From assembly GCA_028023455.1 (NCBI GenBank), contig JAQFVV010000005.1, positions 9,176,001 through 9,240,000 of the forward strand: a DNA stretch of 64,000 nucleotides. The letters run 5' to 3'. Numbering within the stretch: position 1 is the stretch's first letter; each line of letters opens with the position of its first letter. Below the pieces are notes generated by a model. The model searched no databases. It was not told the origin of the DNA and worked only from the letters and a program-made list of their open reading frames with translations. The DNA is from Epiperipatus broadwayi. Taxonomy: Eukaryota > Animalia > Onychophora. Shown here one piece after another: positions 1-12,499 of the stretch. Made by a program: the position numbers and the translations under genes.

Positions 1-3000
1 AATTTAAGATTTAATGTTATGATTTTAAAACAGTCGATTATGATTGTTGTGGTTATTGTTAATATAAATTTTCATGTAAATATAGAAATTTTTATGTATA
101 TGTTAGAAATGCAGTAATAAATATTAGTTTATGTTATTAAATGAGGTGTATATATTTCATTAAGTGTAGTCTTTATCAAGTGTGATCATTCATCATCAAT
201 GGTTTAATATTAGTTGTTTAAGATATGATTAAATATGCTAAGATTAACAATAATTATTAATTTCTGAATTTAAATTTTATGTTTAGGCTTAGTCCTAAAG
301 CTGTAGTTGAAACCATTGTCATTATCATTATCATTATCATCATCGTCGTCATCACGTTTTAATTAATGAGCTGTTTAAATGTTCAAAGGCCATAAATAAA
401 TATTGATTTCATAATATTTAGTGATTTCTTAGTAATATTATAACCACCATTCCATCATCTATTTCATGCAAGGATGAGTGAATTGCCATCCTAAATTAAT
501 AGTAATCTGAGCTAGTAAAACTTATAAAAAAATATTGAAACACATTCGTTATGCTAAGATCTGAGAAATGATTTATGTCTAATGAATTCCACTTTAGTTT
601 AAAGATGTTTTATGCTTACTTAGATATTAGTGCATACAGTGATATGGCTCTAAAAAGCACAATCTTCCATGTTTATTAGAAATAAAGTACCTAAAAGGGA
701 TTCAAACCTGGTACCTGTGAAAGGTTATTAGATATAACTGTGTCTAGATTCAAATAATCTAGTGGTGCCCTGTTAGACCATATTCACTTGGTATTTGTTT
801 GGATATGCACTTAACATCAAATCAAGAAATGAAAATGGATAAAATCTACTGTCTGTATACCTGAGCAGATATTTTATTGAGTTACTAGTGTACTCACCTC
901 ACGTGATTTCCATATACCTGAGTTATAATAGTTGTTATTAATAATTTGTTTATAATTATTGATATTGTGATATCTTGAGGAATCTAATTATAGAAGTATG
1001 TTTCATTTAATCCAATGACCTTTAATATGATTGATAACTCAGTCTGACCTTTTTGTTTAACAGCCACTACTCAGGTATTCTTCTCATAATTTAATTTAAG
1101 CTACAATGCTTTTCGTTTATTAAGCTAAATATTTATATTTGAATCTTTTCATAATTATTAAATACATTTGGATCGTTTGATCATCTTTATTAAGATACAA
1201 TGAATACTTGAATATTTGAGATTTTAATAATATTTGGATTTTTGACAAATCCAATGATATTTTAATATACAATTGAATTTCTCTTTAATATGTTAATAAT
1301 ATTTCTTTTGAGCATACTTTAATTTTGTTACAATATATATATATATATATAAAGTAAAAATAACAATAATAAATAAAACAAAAAACATGAATAAATACAA
1401 TTATGATATAGTAATCCATATTATTAAAATTAAATAAAGGTTTAAACAAATAAACTATATAACATGATATACAGTATTAAAAAATGTGATAATATATATG
1501 GTGTTGTATAAAGTTTTTTTTTTATTCCATATATTGCTATGTTATACATTAATTTGTTTAAATCCTTATTTAATTTCTAACAATATGAATTGTTGTATCA
1601 CAATTTTTTTTATTCAGGTTTTCTTTGATTTATTGTTATAGCTGTTATTTGTACTTCTTTCATAAAGTAGTAAGTGACATTCTCTATGCAATAAACAGAT
1701 GTTTAATATTTGATAAGGCAACAAAATCATGTGCCAAAAAAGACTTTTAATTTATAATTATGAATATATATTTTCTATAATACCTATTACATTGATTAAT
1801 TAGTTTTTATAATTTATATGAAAAAAAAAACATAATAGGCTTTCTTTATTTCTATTTTTAAGATCTTACATAAGCATAATTTTATAAAAATAAATTTACT
1901 GTAACACTTATTTGATAATAATTATTGAATTCCTGTAAATAGTTATTCTCTGTATGAAATTTTTTCCATAAACAAATAATAGTTAGTAGATATTATCTTG
2001 CAATGAATCTAGTTACATGTACGAGAACACCATGGCTAATAATTACCAAAAATTAAAATAATTATCTGTTATGAGATTGAATAATAGTTGAATTGTTTAT
2101 AGTTTTGCTTAATAATAGTAGATCAATCTTGATTCTTACTGAAGACAGCTGATAGCTATCTTCTGACTAAAGATGTTAATATAACATTAATATCTAATAT
2201 CCATTGATTACTCAAGCTTACAACAAATGGCTCTGAAAGAGAATTGAACAAATCACTATACTTAGCAAATGCTTGTTTATAGTTTTTTAAACCCCTAATG
2301 ATTTTAGCTTGTATTATGAAACAAACTGCAGAAGTAGTGAGGTGATTTAAACCACATTTGAACCTGGTAATCCAAACTGAGTTTTTATTTTTAATTTTCA
2401 TGCTTGTTAATTATTCTTTTGCTCTTAAATTCATTATTTGTTTAAGTCACTAAGCATAAAATTAATCACTTTTTAACATAATTAATAAATGAATTGTTTT
2501 CTTTTTTTAATAATAAATTTTATTATAAGAATATCATATAAAAAACACCCACATACAAAAAATATAAAATATTAACTTATTTATTCAATAATTTATCAGC
2601 TATTCTGAGTCACATGATGTTTGAGTACTAAAGTTAGTTGTGTCAAACTTCATTCAAAAAGCATTAAATTCTCACAATAATCCAGATATCATTATTCTTA
2701 TCAACTATTTTTATTCATTTGTATATTTAAACAGATTAATAATCAACAAATATCATAATGGCATCTTTTCACTAGTGGCTTCAAATCCCTTAATTCTGCC
2801 ACTGTATTCTTAGACACAAGTTTTTAATTATGTAGCTAATTATTTGTTTCATAATGGACAGAAACAGATAAATTCTATTTATGAAATACAAAGACTATGA
2901 GTAATCCTGAATCTGAAAAAAATGTTTGCAACCTTTAAAAATTCTTAATTTATGCTATAATTCTTAAGTTGTTTGAATTAATTCTCATTGCTGAATAAAC

Positions 3001-3540
3001 AGAAAGAAGAATCTTGATTTGATACACGTATACTTTGGGATTAGAGCCACTATAATTGAAAATCAAATACACAAACAAAAGAACTCTTTCATTTCATATT
3101 GGAGGACATAAAAAATTTAACTCCGCTCCAGTGACAGTCATGTTTTTCATTATAATAAATGTGCTCCTCATTATAAGGTAAATAAGTGTTTGTTTGTTTT
3201 TAAATAAAATTTTAAATTGCATTTTGGTGAAAAGAAATTAATTAAGTTTGTCAGAAAATCCTGTGCAGGCATTATTTTATGAGATAGCAAAATTAGAATA
3301 CTTTTTGCCAGATGATTACTTTTTGCCAGATGATTACATTACAGCAGCTGTAATCCTAAAGTACTGAGACAAGAGTTAGATGGTGAATGAATCAACTAAT
3401 TGCTAAATAAGATTTGAAATACAGGCATTTTTATACCACAAACTTAATTGTAAATATAGAGAATTTGAACTCAGACTTTCAAGAAACCTTTACCTATCCA
3501 CACTATACATGACCACATACATTAGAAAAGATAAATAATC

Positions 3541-3584
3541 ACCAATATACACATTTCATGCTGAAACAGCACTCATCAGTTGGT
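3541..3584 (-). ncRNA. Minimal type I hammerhead ribozyme motif
   Basis: Minus strand reads ACCAA-CUGAUGA-GUGCUG-UUU-CAGCAU-GAA-AUGUGUAU-A-UUGGU: stem I ACCAA/UUGGU, intact core, 6-bp stem II, short stem III, AUA triplet. Confidence 0.7.
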
Positions 3585-4048
3585 TCAGATTATCATCTCC
3601 CACACATATATATAATCAGTGCTCAGTTTATATTAAGATAGTAAATCTTTATACTTTAATGGCCAGACTTCAATCTACTGGAACCTCCAACTCCTGAGCC
3701 ATCCATACCATTGAAAATCTGTTGATAAAATGCCCAAATCCCATGCTAGTGCCAATATTGCTGTTATGCCCATGTTGACTATGCTTCTTCGATGTATTTA
3801 AATGGATATGGTCCTATATGTGAGGGATCAGAGTGACTTGAAATCAACATGAGCATGACAACAACATTGGCATCAGCATGGGATTTGGGCATTCTGTCAT
3901 CATATTTTCAATGTGTGGATGGCTGAGGAGTTGGAGATTGCAATAGATTGAAGCCTGGCCATTAAGGTATAAGAATTTGCTATCTTAATATAAACTGAGC
4001 ACTAATTATATATATATATGTGTGTGTGTGTGAGAGATAATAATCTGG

Positions 4049-4092
4049 ACTAACTAATGAGTGCTGGTTCATCACAAAATACGTATATTGGT
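4049..4092 (+). ncRNA. Degenerate hammerhead motif (partner of 3541-3584)
   Basis: ACUAA-CUAAUGA-GUGCUG-GUU-CAUCAC-AAA-AUACGUAU-A-UUGGU. Core G5 and G12 are changed to A. Stem III is a perfect 8-nt palindrome. Confidence 0.55.
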
Positions 4093-4959
4093 GATTATTT
4101 ATCTTTCCTATATATGTGTGGTCATGTGTATCAGTAGTATGAGATGGCATGGATAGTTGAAGGTTTCTTGAAAGTCTGAGCTCAAATCCCCTATATTTTC
4201 TAATTGCTAAATGTTTTTTAAATAAATTTAAAAAGTAATTAATTTTATCCTATAAATATACTTTATTTAAAATATAACATATATATTATATAAATTGCAT
4301 AACTGCAATTATAAAAAAATAAAAATTGTATAAACAACTTAGTTTTACTACAATAAAATACAAACTTTATGAGATGTGGATGAAAAGGAAAGAAATTTAA
4401 GAAAACGGAAAAAATTATATATAACACATGAAAGCATATCTTTAAAAAGTTTGATGGTGGTCTCACAATATATTTACATATCTAATGATCAAATTTGCCA
4501 CTTAATGTCTTAAGGGTTTCATTATTGCACGAGAGCTATAAATTTAAGAACTAAAAATTGGAAAAGTTGTTTATTTTTTAAAATATACTTCATAAATCAT
4601 ATCCACATATATATGTACAACTTTGTTACATATAATTAAACAGAGTTTAATATAAATATTATATACGAGAAGTTGTGTCCTGGTACAACTATCGCTATCT
4701 CCATGAATTATCTTCTTCGTAATTATCCAATCTATCTTTAGTCAGGAAAAAAACAATAACTATCAAATCATTAAATTTAGTATTTGCATAAAACTGAAAA
4801 AAGAAAATAGTGCTAAGCAATCCTATCCACTAGATTTATGCAAGCGGAAGCATAACTTCTGACAGGATTATCCTAATTGAAAAGAATCACATAATCAGCT
4901 ACTCATTTAAGAAAAAGACTTAAAAATTGTAAGTGAAAAAAATAAAAAATGAATGAACC

Positions 4960-5270
4960 ACCATCATCATCAACCATTATCAATCTACTGCAGGATGAAG
5001 GTCTCTCCAAGTTTAATCCATTTTCTCCTATGTTTAGCTTCTCTTCTCCACATCACTCCTGCACACTTTCTTATTTCATCCATCCATCTCACATGTGGTC
5101 TCTTTCTGGGTCTTTTACAATCTCTTGGAATCCAGTTTAAGATTTCAATTGTCCATCTATTATCATCTCTTCTAGCAATATGTCCAGCCCAACTCCACTT
5201 CAATCTTTTAATTTTTTCAATGAGGTCAGTAACACCTGTTTGTTCTCTTACCCATACATTGCGTTTTCAA
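4960..5270 (-). mobile_element. RTE-clade LINE 3' fragment, same family as 44085-47195
   Basis: ORF 4985-5203 (KWSWAGHIARRDDNRWTIEILNWIPRDCKRPRKRPHVRW) is nearly identical to ORF 44157-44417. It ends in a (CAT)n-type tail. Confidence 0.9.
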
Positions 5271-5392
5271 TCTCTACACACATTAACTTATAGCAGAAAT
5301 ATTTATTGATATATATAAACTATAAGTGTCAAGTCAATTTTTTATTTACTATATCTATACTAAAAAGTTATAAATAGAATTTAAAAAATTTT

Positions 5393-5658
5393 TTTTATAT
5401 TAAATGCTTTTATTTACTGTGCACACACACTAAAAAGCAAAAAAATAATTGTTTCTTAAACCACAGTTGGTTTTTTAAAATTTAAATTGAAATAAAAGCA
5501 TGCAGGGTCAAGAAGTGGGATTGACTTAATTAATGTCTGGACCCTACCCCCATGCTTTTATTTCAAGTTAAATCTAAAAAAACCATAGTTGTGATTAAAG
5601 AAACAATTTTTTTTTATGTTTTAGTGCATGGTAAATAAAAACATTAAATATATAAAAC
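5393..5658. repeat. MITE-like inverted repeat, ~115-bp arms, ~30-bp spacer
   Basis: ttgaaataaaagcatg..gggtc pairs with gaccc..catgcttttatttcaa, and the similarity extends outwards to both ends. No coding capacity. Confidence 0.7.
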
Positions 5659-6399
5659 ATGGCTTTTGGGGGGAAGTATCAAGAATATATGAATAAGGTC
5701 AAGATATTTACAGTAATTGTTAATTTATCCTACTCAGTGATGTAAAAACCCATTCATTTTTATTATGTAGTTATAAAATTTAAATGCTCTGATAAAGTTA
5801 TGTTAAGAAAGTGAAAAGTAACCATCAATAATCATTAACACTTGGTCATATTACTCTCTTCTGGCCAAATGCCTACTAACTTTTGGACAGATTACTTGCT
5901 GTATATATATAATAACAATAAAACATTAATAGTGGGAGTAAATCTTACAAATAACTTATGAGAGCATAAGTATTTTCAGTTATTTTCATAACCATTTTCA
6001 CCCTGAAACCTTTTAAATTTGAACTGGTTATGAAAACAATTAAAAGTTCTTTGCATTTTATAATAATTATATATAAGATTTATTTTCACTGTTAATGCTT
6101 TATTGTTTTGTTGTTACTACAATAATCAATCTTTAATGAATATTTTATTTGATATATATGTGTATGTTATGCACAGATTATGAAATCATACATGTTCAAC
6201 TCTGCTCATTTTAAGAAATGTATAATGCACCTGTACAGTTTGTGAAATAGGTAGAATTTTGTGCAATTCTTGAAATAAATATTACATTGTCTTCTCATTT
6301 TATGAATGGAGTGCATAATTACAGCAGTAGTGTATGATGTATGGAAACTAATGATTAACAAGGGAAGAGCATTACTTATTGATGGTAGCAGCAAGTTGT

Positions 6400-8400
6400 G
6401 TTTTAAATCTAAAATGAAAGCATGTAAAGAAAATCATAAAAGAATTGAATTACATTTTGATTAACAAAAACTATATATTTCAAGGATATATTGTATTTAA
6501 TAGATTAAACATAAAAGTGATTATTGATTACTGAGCTGTAAGATATGTGATATTACAAAGTATAAAAGTTATTAAACAAGAATGCTATAACTGTTGATGT
6601 CTATACTCTTCAGAAATATCTCAATGATCTTAAATTAGAACTTAGAATTGATTATAAAATATTATCGGATTTCAATGATGATTAGACCAAGTTCAATAAA
6701 AAGATAACTGATTCTCCATTAAAGTCAGCTATACAGCTAATCTATATTAAAAAAGCAATAATTAATTAAATTTTTAATCAAGACAAGGCAATATATAAAG
6801 AGAAGAAATAATGTAAAAATAAGTAAAAATGATTGTTTTAAAAGAAATAAATATATGAAATTTTATCAAATAATAAGAAAAAGAATTAAAGATAATATAA
6901 AAAAATAAGCACTGTAACTATGGAATAGAAGACATGTCTCAAAAATATAACATAATATATTGGTATAAGAACAAAAGTCATTTAGCAATAGAAAGAAAAA
7001 GTAATTATATGATTAAAATAACTGATGTCATAATGAAATAGTAAAAAAAACAAAAACAAAATAGTTTCTACAATTATAACAATGGAAACTATTTTTAGTG
7101 AAGAGATGAGACGTCAATTAAATGAACAATTAAAGATGTCCAGAAATGAATATGAGAAATAGATAAACAAATACATAAATTGTTGAAAAAATTATATATT
7201 AAATGCCTAAATGATGAAGATGCATGAGATGATTGGAAAAATGCAGTTGTGTTCTTGGTATTTAAGAAAGGTAGAAAAAAGGATATTATAAATTATAGGC
7301 CTGTCAGTTGATCTATCTGTTCTAAACAGGATTTTATTAAGATCCTTGCAAGCCATCTATGTAGAATGCTGGACTTGAACTAATTAAATGATCAAGCTGA
7401 ATTTAAAAGCTGTTTTAGAATAGCAGATTAGATCCAAATATTAAGAGGTCATATAAAGGATTGACTATAAATCATTCTGCTTTTAATTAGTAGATTATGA
7501 AGAAGTATTTTATTGTATCCAGATTTCTGCAGTGATTAATAATTTGGAGCATCAAAATATAAAACCAGGATAGTTTACACTAAGAAGAATAACATTAATA
7601 AAGGTATATAATAGCCTGATGCCATATTTATAAAACTTTTTACAACAGACTCATTGGGAATATTTAGTTGATAAAAATCGGAAGCTAAAATAATAATTAA
7701 ATTATGTAAATTTGCAGATGGTGGTGCTTTTTGTCAATAATGTTACAGACATTCAGGAAAAAAAACAAGAATTATAAAATAAAGCAAAAAAGTAAAGGAG
7801 AATCCTACAAAAACTAATGTTCAATGGTTTTTTACATAAGAAAAAAATTAAAATGACAATTATAACTAGAATTTAACAAGTAGAAATATCTAGGTCAGAT
7901 TATTAATATAGATGAACACACAATGCTATAAATTAATCAAATAATAAAGTTAGATGAAGTGTTTGGTAGAAATAAATATAAAAAATATGTGTAGATGATT
8001 GACAGAGATAATTTTCAATAGAAATGTTTTAGCGGGGTTTTTTTTTCATATAAACTTGCGACTTGAAAGCTTAACAGAACAACAATGCAGAAATTACACA
8101 GTTAAATATAGAGAGATGAATTATTTGAGTAACACAAACAAAATGCAAAATATATGAGTAAAGGAATAAACAGGTGTCAATGACATCAGTAATAAAATTA
8201 AAGCTGATTTAGTAAAGATGACAATAGATGGAGAATCAATTTTTAATCTCAAAAAAATTGTAATAAACTTTATAAAGATTACATATAAGATAAATCATGA
8301 AATTTTCAAAAATAACAGAAAAAATAAATTCTAAAAATACAGGATTAAACTTGGAGAGTCCATCTTGTTGTGGATCAATAATTTATTAGAAATGATGATG
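6400..8400 (+). mobile_element. Old, decayed RTE LINE (same family as 44085-47195)
   Basis: DWKNAVVFLVFKKGRKKDIINYRPVS near 7230-7310 matches the RT of the young copy. Nucleotide similarity to its endonuclease/linker region (6450-6700) and 3' end (ggattaaacttggagag, ~8342). Confidence 0.8.
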
Positions 8401-8499
8401 TTGTATATGAGAGAAATGAAAAAATATAAATGTGAAAATTACAAGAAAATAAAATATTTAAAGAAAAAATAAGAGAAAATACATTTAAAAGTTAAATCT

Positions 8500-8960
8500 T
8501 TTTTTTTTTTACATTTTTCTCTAGAAAATTCAATTATTTTTACAAATATTGATGTTATTTAATATTTTATGTCATATGATAATTAAAAATCTTTTTTTTT
8601 TTTTTTTTTTTTAAAAAGCTTTTTATATTTTTCAATTTTTGTAAATAAATTGAATTTTATCTCATTTGCAATTGTAATTTATCTATTATTATGAATCTTT
8701 CCACATACCAATAAAAATTCTCTCACATATAGAATTGGAACAATAAACTTCAACTTCTTCCTAAAAAAAACAACAACACAAAGTCACAATCTGTTATTGC
8801 TGATAGACCAGAACAAAATAGTACTGTTGGTTAAAAAGGAAATGAATAATGAATTACATTTTAAAAATATTCTCTAAAAAGGTAACAAATATAACACAAC
8901 TATTTTCATTCTCAATAGTTATTTCATGGTACAATTTATTAACTGATAATATTACTTTTT
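8500..8960 (-). mobile_element. Decayed Penelope-like RT fragment; dispersed copy related to 52680-53480
   Basis: Shares blocks with 52.7-53.5 kb (tttctctagaaaatt, gtcatatga, ttttcattct..tagttattt). Minus-strand FYWYVEKI and IKF resemble PLE RT motifs. Confidence 0.45.
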
Positions 8961-9136
8961 ATTTGCAATATTTTAGAAATCAAATTGATCATCTTTCTCT
9001 AATTAGTAAAATATTTTATATTTGACAATTCATCAAATATAAAAATATCAAATTCTAAGAACACACAAAAAAGTTTTAACTTTTATTACATTCTAGAAGA
9101 ATAAAAAAATGTAACAAAATTTAATATTTTAAAATT

Positions 9137-9169
9137 TTGAAGAGCCTAATATAGGGCGAAAACCAGTTA
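9137..9169 (+). ncRNA. Degenerate hammerhead-like core
   Basis: UUGAAGA-GCCU-AAUAUA-GGGC-GAAA. Stem I is not recoverable. Confidence 0.4.
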
Positions 9170-9249
9170 TAATAAAAAAAAAATATTTTTATATAATTAT
9201 TTTATTTCACTTGTGTTGGAATCATTATTAACTATTTGAAAACAATGTG

Positions 9250-10700
9250 AGTTTTAAGTTGATTTTTGCAAAATGAAAAGCCTTCTGAAATGTTGATAAT
9301 ATCTTGCCCACACTTGGAGCAGAAGAAACTCCCTTATTAATAAATCTATTTAGTGTTATTAATTTCCACATCAATGGATGCTACTGTCTGGCTTCATTAT
9401 AACTATGATTGATATTAGCCCATTTCCACAAGTGTTAAAGCACAATTATTCATCATTAATAATCTCTTCTGCTTTTGGTTCTAAAACAAATGAAACTTTA
9501 TGAGGTTTACACAGAATTGGTTGGGTATCCTTCACAAGTTCAATATCCAATAACCATGTTATTAATTCTGCAGGTTTAGACTTGAACAAATGTGGGTATT
9601 TATTATGAACTTTACAACTCTATCTGTATTCTTTTAATGATATTAATACCCAATGATCAGAATCAATCTCTACCCAATATTGGACATCTCATTTAACTAT
9701 AAAAAACATTAGAAATTTAATGTGTTAATTCTAACTGTTATAATAAGTGTGCCACGTATTCCTATTTTATTACTGTTTTATCTATAGCTACTATATCGGT
9801 TTTCTCAAGCATCAAGGCCCATTTTTAACTTGAGCTATCAATCATTCTGGGGCATCAGGGATAAGCCAGCTTCATTATCTACTTCTATATTAATTTGCTG
9901 TTTACAGATACTAACTATATCAATTATTTTCTTAATACTATTTTTACTTTTAATGTACCCTCCCCCTGATTTACAGTTCAAACTTAGCTTAGTTTTAATA
10001 TTTTTGTGTTTATTTTGACACACATGAAGACTATCTGATTAATTTACAAGCATGGCATTTTTTTCTTTTTATATTTACAATTTTCTTCACACCCTCTTTT
10101 TTCCCATAACAGCAACATACTAAAACATTTTAGTGCTCCTGTAGTTCAGTCTGTCAGTTTTGGTTTTGCTTATGGCTGTAGGAGTTTTATTTGATTGTAT
10201 GGGAACTTAAAATTCCATAGCATTATTAAATAAAATTTTCTGTGCAAATCATTTTTCAATTGCATGCTTAAAATTTAAGTCAAATTCACTTAAGAGAACT
10301 TTCCTGAATTTTATTATTTGCCATTTTCCATAGTACTTGATCCAACACCATATCATTCAATTCAGTGCTATAATTACATTCTTTAGATAATGTCCTTAAA
10401 GCTGGGTCATAATATCGATGTTTCATTGAGGAAACTGCCATCTATTTCTGAATCTAAGGCATACCACCCATTTAGATATCACTGGTATAAAATAAGCAGT
10501 AACATCTCTTTTATACCCTAATATGGTAGTGCATGCTGCAATGTCAGTTTGTCATTTTCAGAATCTCCTTCTCTGAATACCACATAAACATTGTGACTTT
10601 AACTTTCTTGTTGTCAATTTTATTAATAAACATGTATCTTTTGGCTTGTTCTACATAAATTTTCCAATCCAATGCATTATTGATATCAAATTCACAACTA
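9250..10700 (-). mobile_element. Gypsy/Ty3 LTR retrotransposon relic (gag, protease, RT N-terminus)
   Basis: Gag-like ALRTLSKECNYSTELNDMVLDQV (~10.33-10.42 kb), protease-like INIEVDNEAGLSL (ORF 9838-10023) and RT-like IIVIMKPDSSIH..TLNR..PSVGKILSTFQKAFHFAKINLK (~9.26-9.42 kb), in the correct order with stops and frameshifts. Confidence 0.7.
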
Positions 10701-11599
10701 TTATTATTTAGTCTGATTCATTATTGTTATCAAATTCATCATTATTATTATTATTTAATAGTGCTATCTTGGTTGCACAAAATTTTATTAATATCAAATA
10801 CATTATTTGTTGTTTAATCAGGCTATTATGCTATTTCCCACAAATGACTCAATTGTCAATCTATGCTATACTATTTATATGCATAGGTTTTACAATTTTC
10901 TAACCACATATCTCCATTTTCTTGCCTAGGTTTTTTTACTATTGATCTGTGCCATTCTGTTATATCCTGGGAGTATTCTTAACAACCCCAATCTGTATAG
11001 CATCAATTAAGTTTTATTAAATAAATAATACAACAAATTAAACGTAGCAAACAAGTTTATTCATTTGTCAATATATATATAAATAAACAAAAATAAAGAA
11101 TAAGTTATTCTTCAATATTATTTTTTAATCTCTATAGTGCATTACACCCAATATGTACAACTGCTACATATGACAATTGTCCACTTTGTTGCCATTGCAA
11201 CTATAGCATATGGATAGACAAATTCAATAACTGTGATGATATGCACAGGTTTTTTTTTATACTCATCTAATCCTGCATAAATATTCAGCATATATTAATT
11301 TTAATGGAATTCAAATGTATATATGATATATGTAAATATTCTAGAGTGTAAATTAATAACAAAGGACATTTATTCATTCATGGTCTAAACTGTTTGCAAT
11401 AATTTCATAGTAAATTTTATTTACAATTCCAATATATATACATAAGTGCTCAGGCAATTCAGCTCCTAAATTTTTTCAAAACTTTGGAATTATCCTTTCA
11501 CTCCTGCAGTCTTTTTTGACATAGAACAATTAAAAATAAATTCACCAATATTTATGTTATGAATGAAAAGCTTGGTTCTTTTATAATGTTTTTTTCATT

Positions 11600-12050
11600 C
11601 TATCAGTCTTGGATCTAGAAATCTGATATATAAAATAGTTAATTCCACTAGCAGTGGTAGTAATAGTTTTTTTTTTTAAGAATTGCTTTTACAATTACTA
11701 TGTTTGCATAGAAGTGACCAGCCTTTTCAACTAGATCTTGTAATGTTTTATTTTTTATACTCTCTTCCTTTTTTTTAAATATCATTTAATCATTTAAAAA
11801 GTTTATCAGCAATTTCCAGACCATTGTTAGACAAATATTGGCCATAAAGAACACAGCTGATTTTTTCCCCCAATGTGGAATGATTGTTTTTGATACATTT
11901 GAAGGATGGACTTTTGGCAGCTGTTATGAGTGTTCTCATAGTAAGAGGAAATTAAAGTGATTTTATTACTAAAATATCCAGTTAATCAACAACTTCAGTC
12001 AGCTTTTCTTAAATTCCATCTCAGAATAGGATAACTTTCAATTATAGAAA
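11600..12050 (-). mobile_element. Possible second Gypsy RT fragment
   Basis: VVD*LDILV (YxDD-like) followed by YGQYLSNNGL (LGHxIS-like). Very decayed. Confidence 0.35.
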
Positions 12051-12499
12051 TATGACTTACAACAGTCTTGGTTTATATTAAATATGGAGAAATGATCTAA
12101 ATCAATAGTTTAGTAGATAATTATTAATCTTTTTTTTTTTTTGTAGAAATAAAAGATAGATCAGATAGGGATTCTATTCCAGATTTGTCTAAATAGAATG
12201 TTTCTCTTTACTTGGCATGCCAAGATAACATATATTGTTTAAATCTATCCTAAATGTTGACAAGCTGCTTTAACCTCATTTTCATATCCCAAAAGCTATT
12301 ATGAAAATTGAATCTATGTATATAGGCATAGGAAAATCTGGAAGTATGGCTAATTTATATGGGAGTTTTGTGAATATTACACATATAAAAAAATATTTAT
12401 ATAAATGGTAATTGCAATACCATCAATAGAAATTGTATGTTTTATGAAAAGCTTGAAAAGAAAGTAGCACACAATGTTTAGAATGCATTTTTCCACAAA

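Larger units (their letters stand above)
3445..4206. mobile_element. Foldback: head-to-head inverted pair of Penelope-like element 3' ends (arms ~3445-3779 and ~3842-4206)
   Basis: The arms are diverged reverse complements over ~340 bp (e.g. gataaataatcaccaatatac vs gtatattggtgattatttatc). Each arm carries a hammerhead-like core and a decayed W-K-P-A-I-like C-terminus similar to that of the PLE at 58.3 kb. Confidence 0.75.

Noticed and set aside
698-708. tRNA box-B-like GGTTTGAATCC (minus strand here; also + strand at 59295-59305)
   Set aside because: No box A at the proper spacing and no cloverleaf. At most a SINE remnant, so no tRNA is called.
1333-1351. Simple repeats: (TA)n here and at ~4008, ~16010 and ~26670; (ATC)n ~318-350 and ~56310; poly-G ~19613; poly-C ~51033
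   Set aside because: Ordinary microsatellites or LINE tails.
2156-2401. 81-aa ORF and the other 60-120 aa ORFs outside TE relics
   Set aside because: Low-complexity I/L/F/K/N/Y composition expected by chance in ~75% AT DNA. No recognisable domain or supporting splice pattern.
4953-5309. 118-aa + strand ORF (also 45439-45642, 45754-46062, 46200-46583 and 31768-31959)
   Set aside because: Antisense shadows of RTE or zinc-finger coding sequence.
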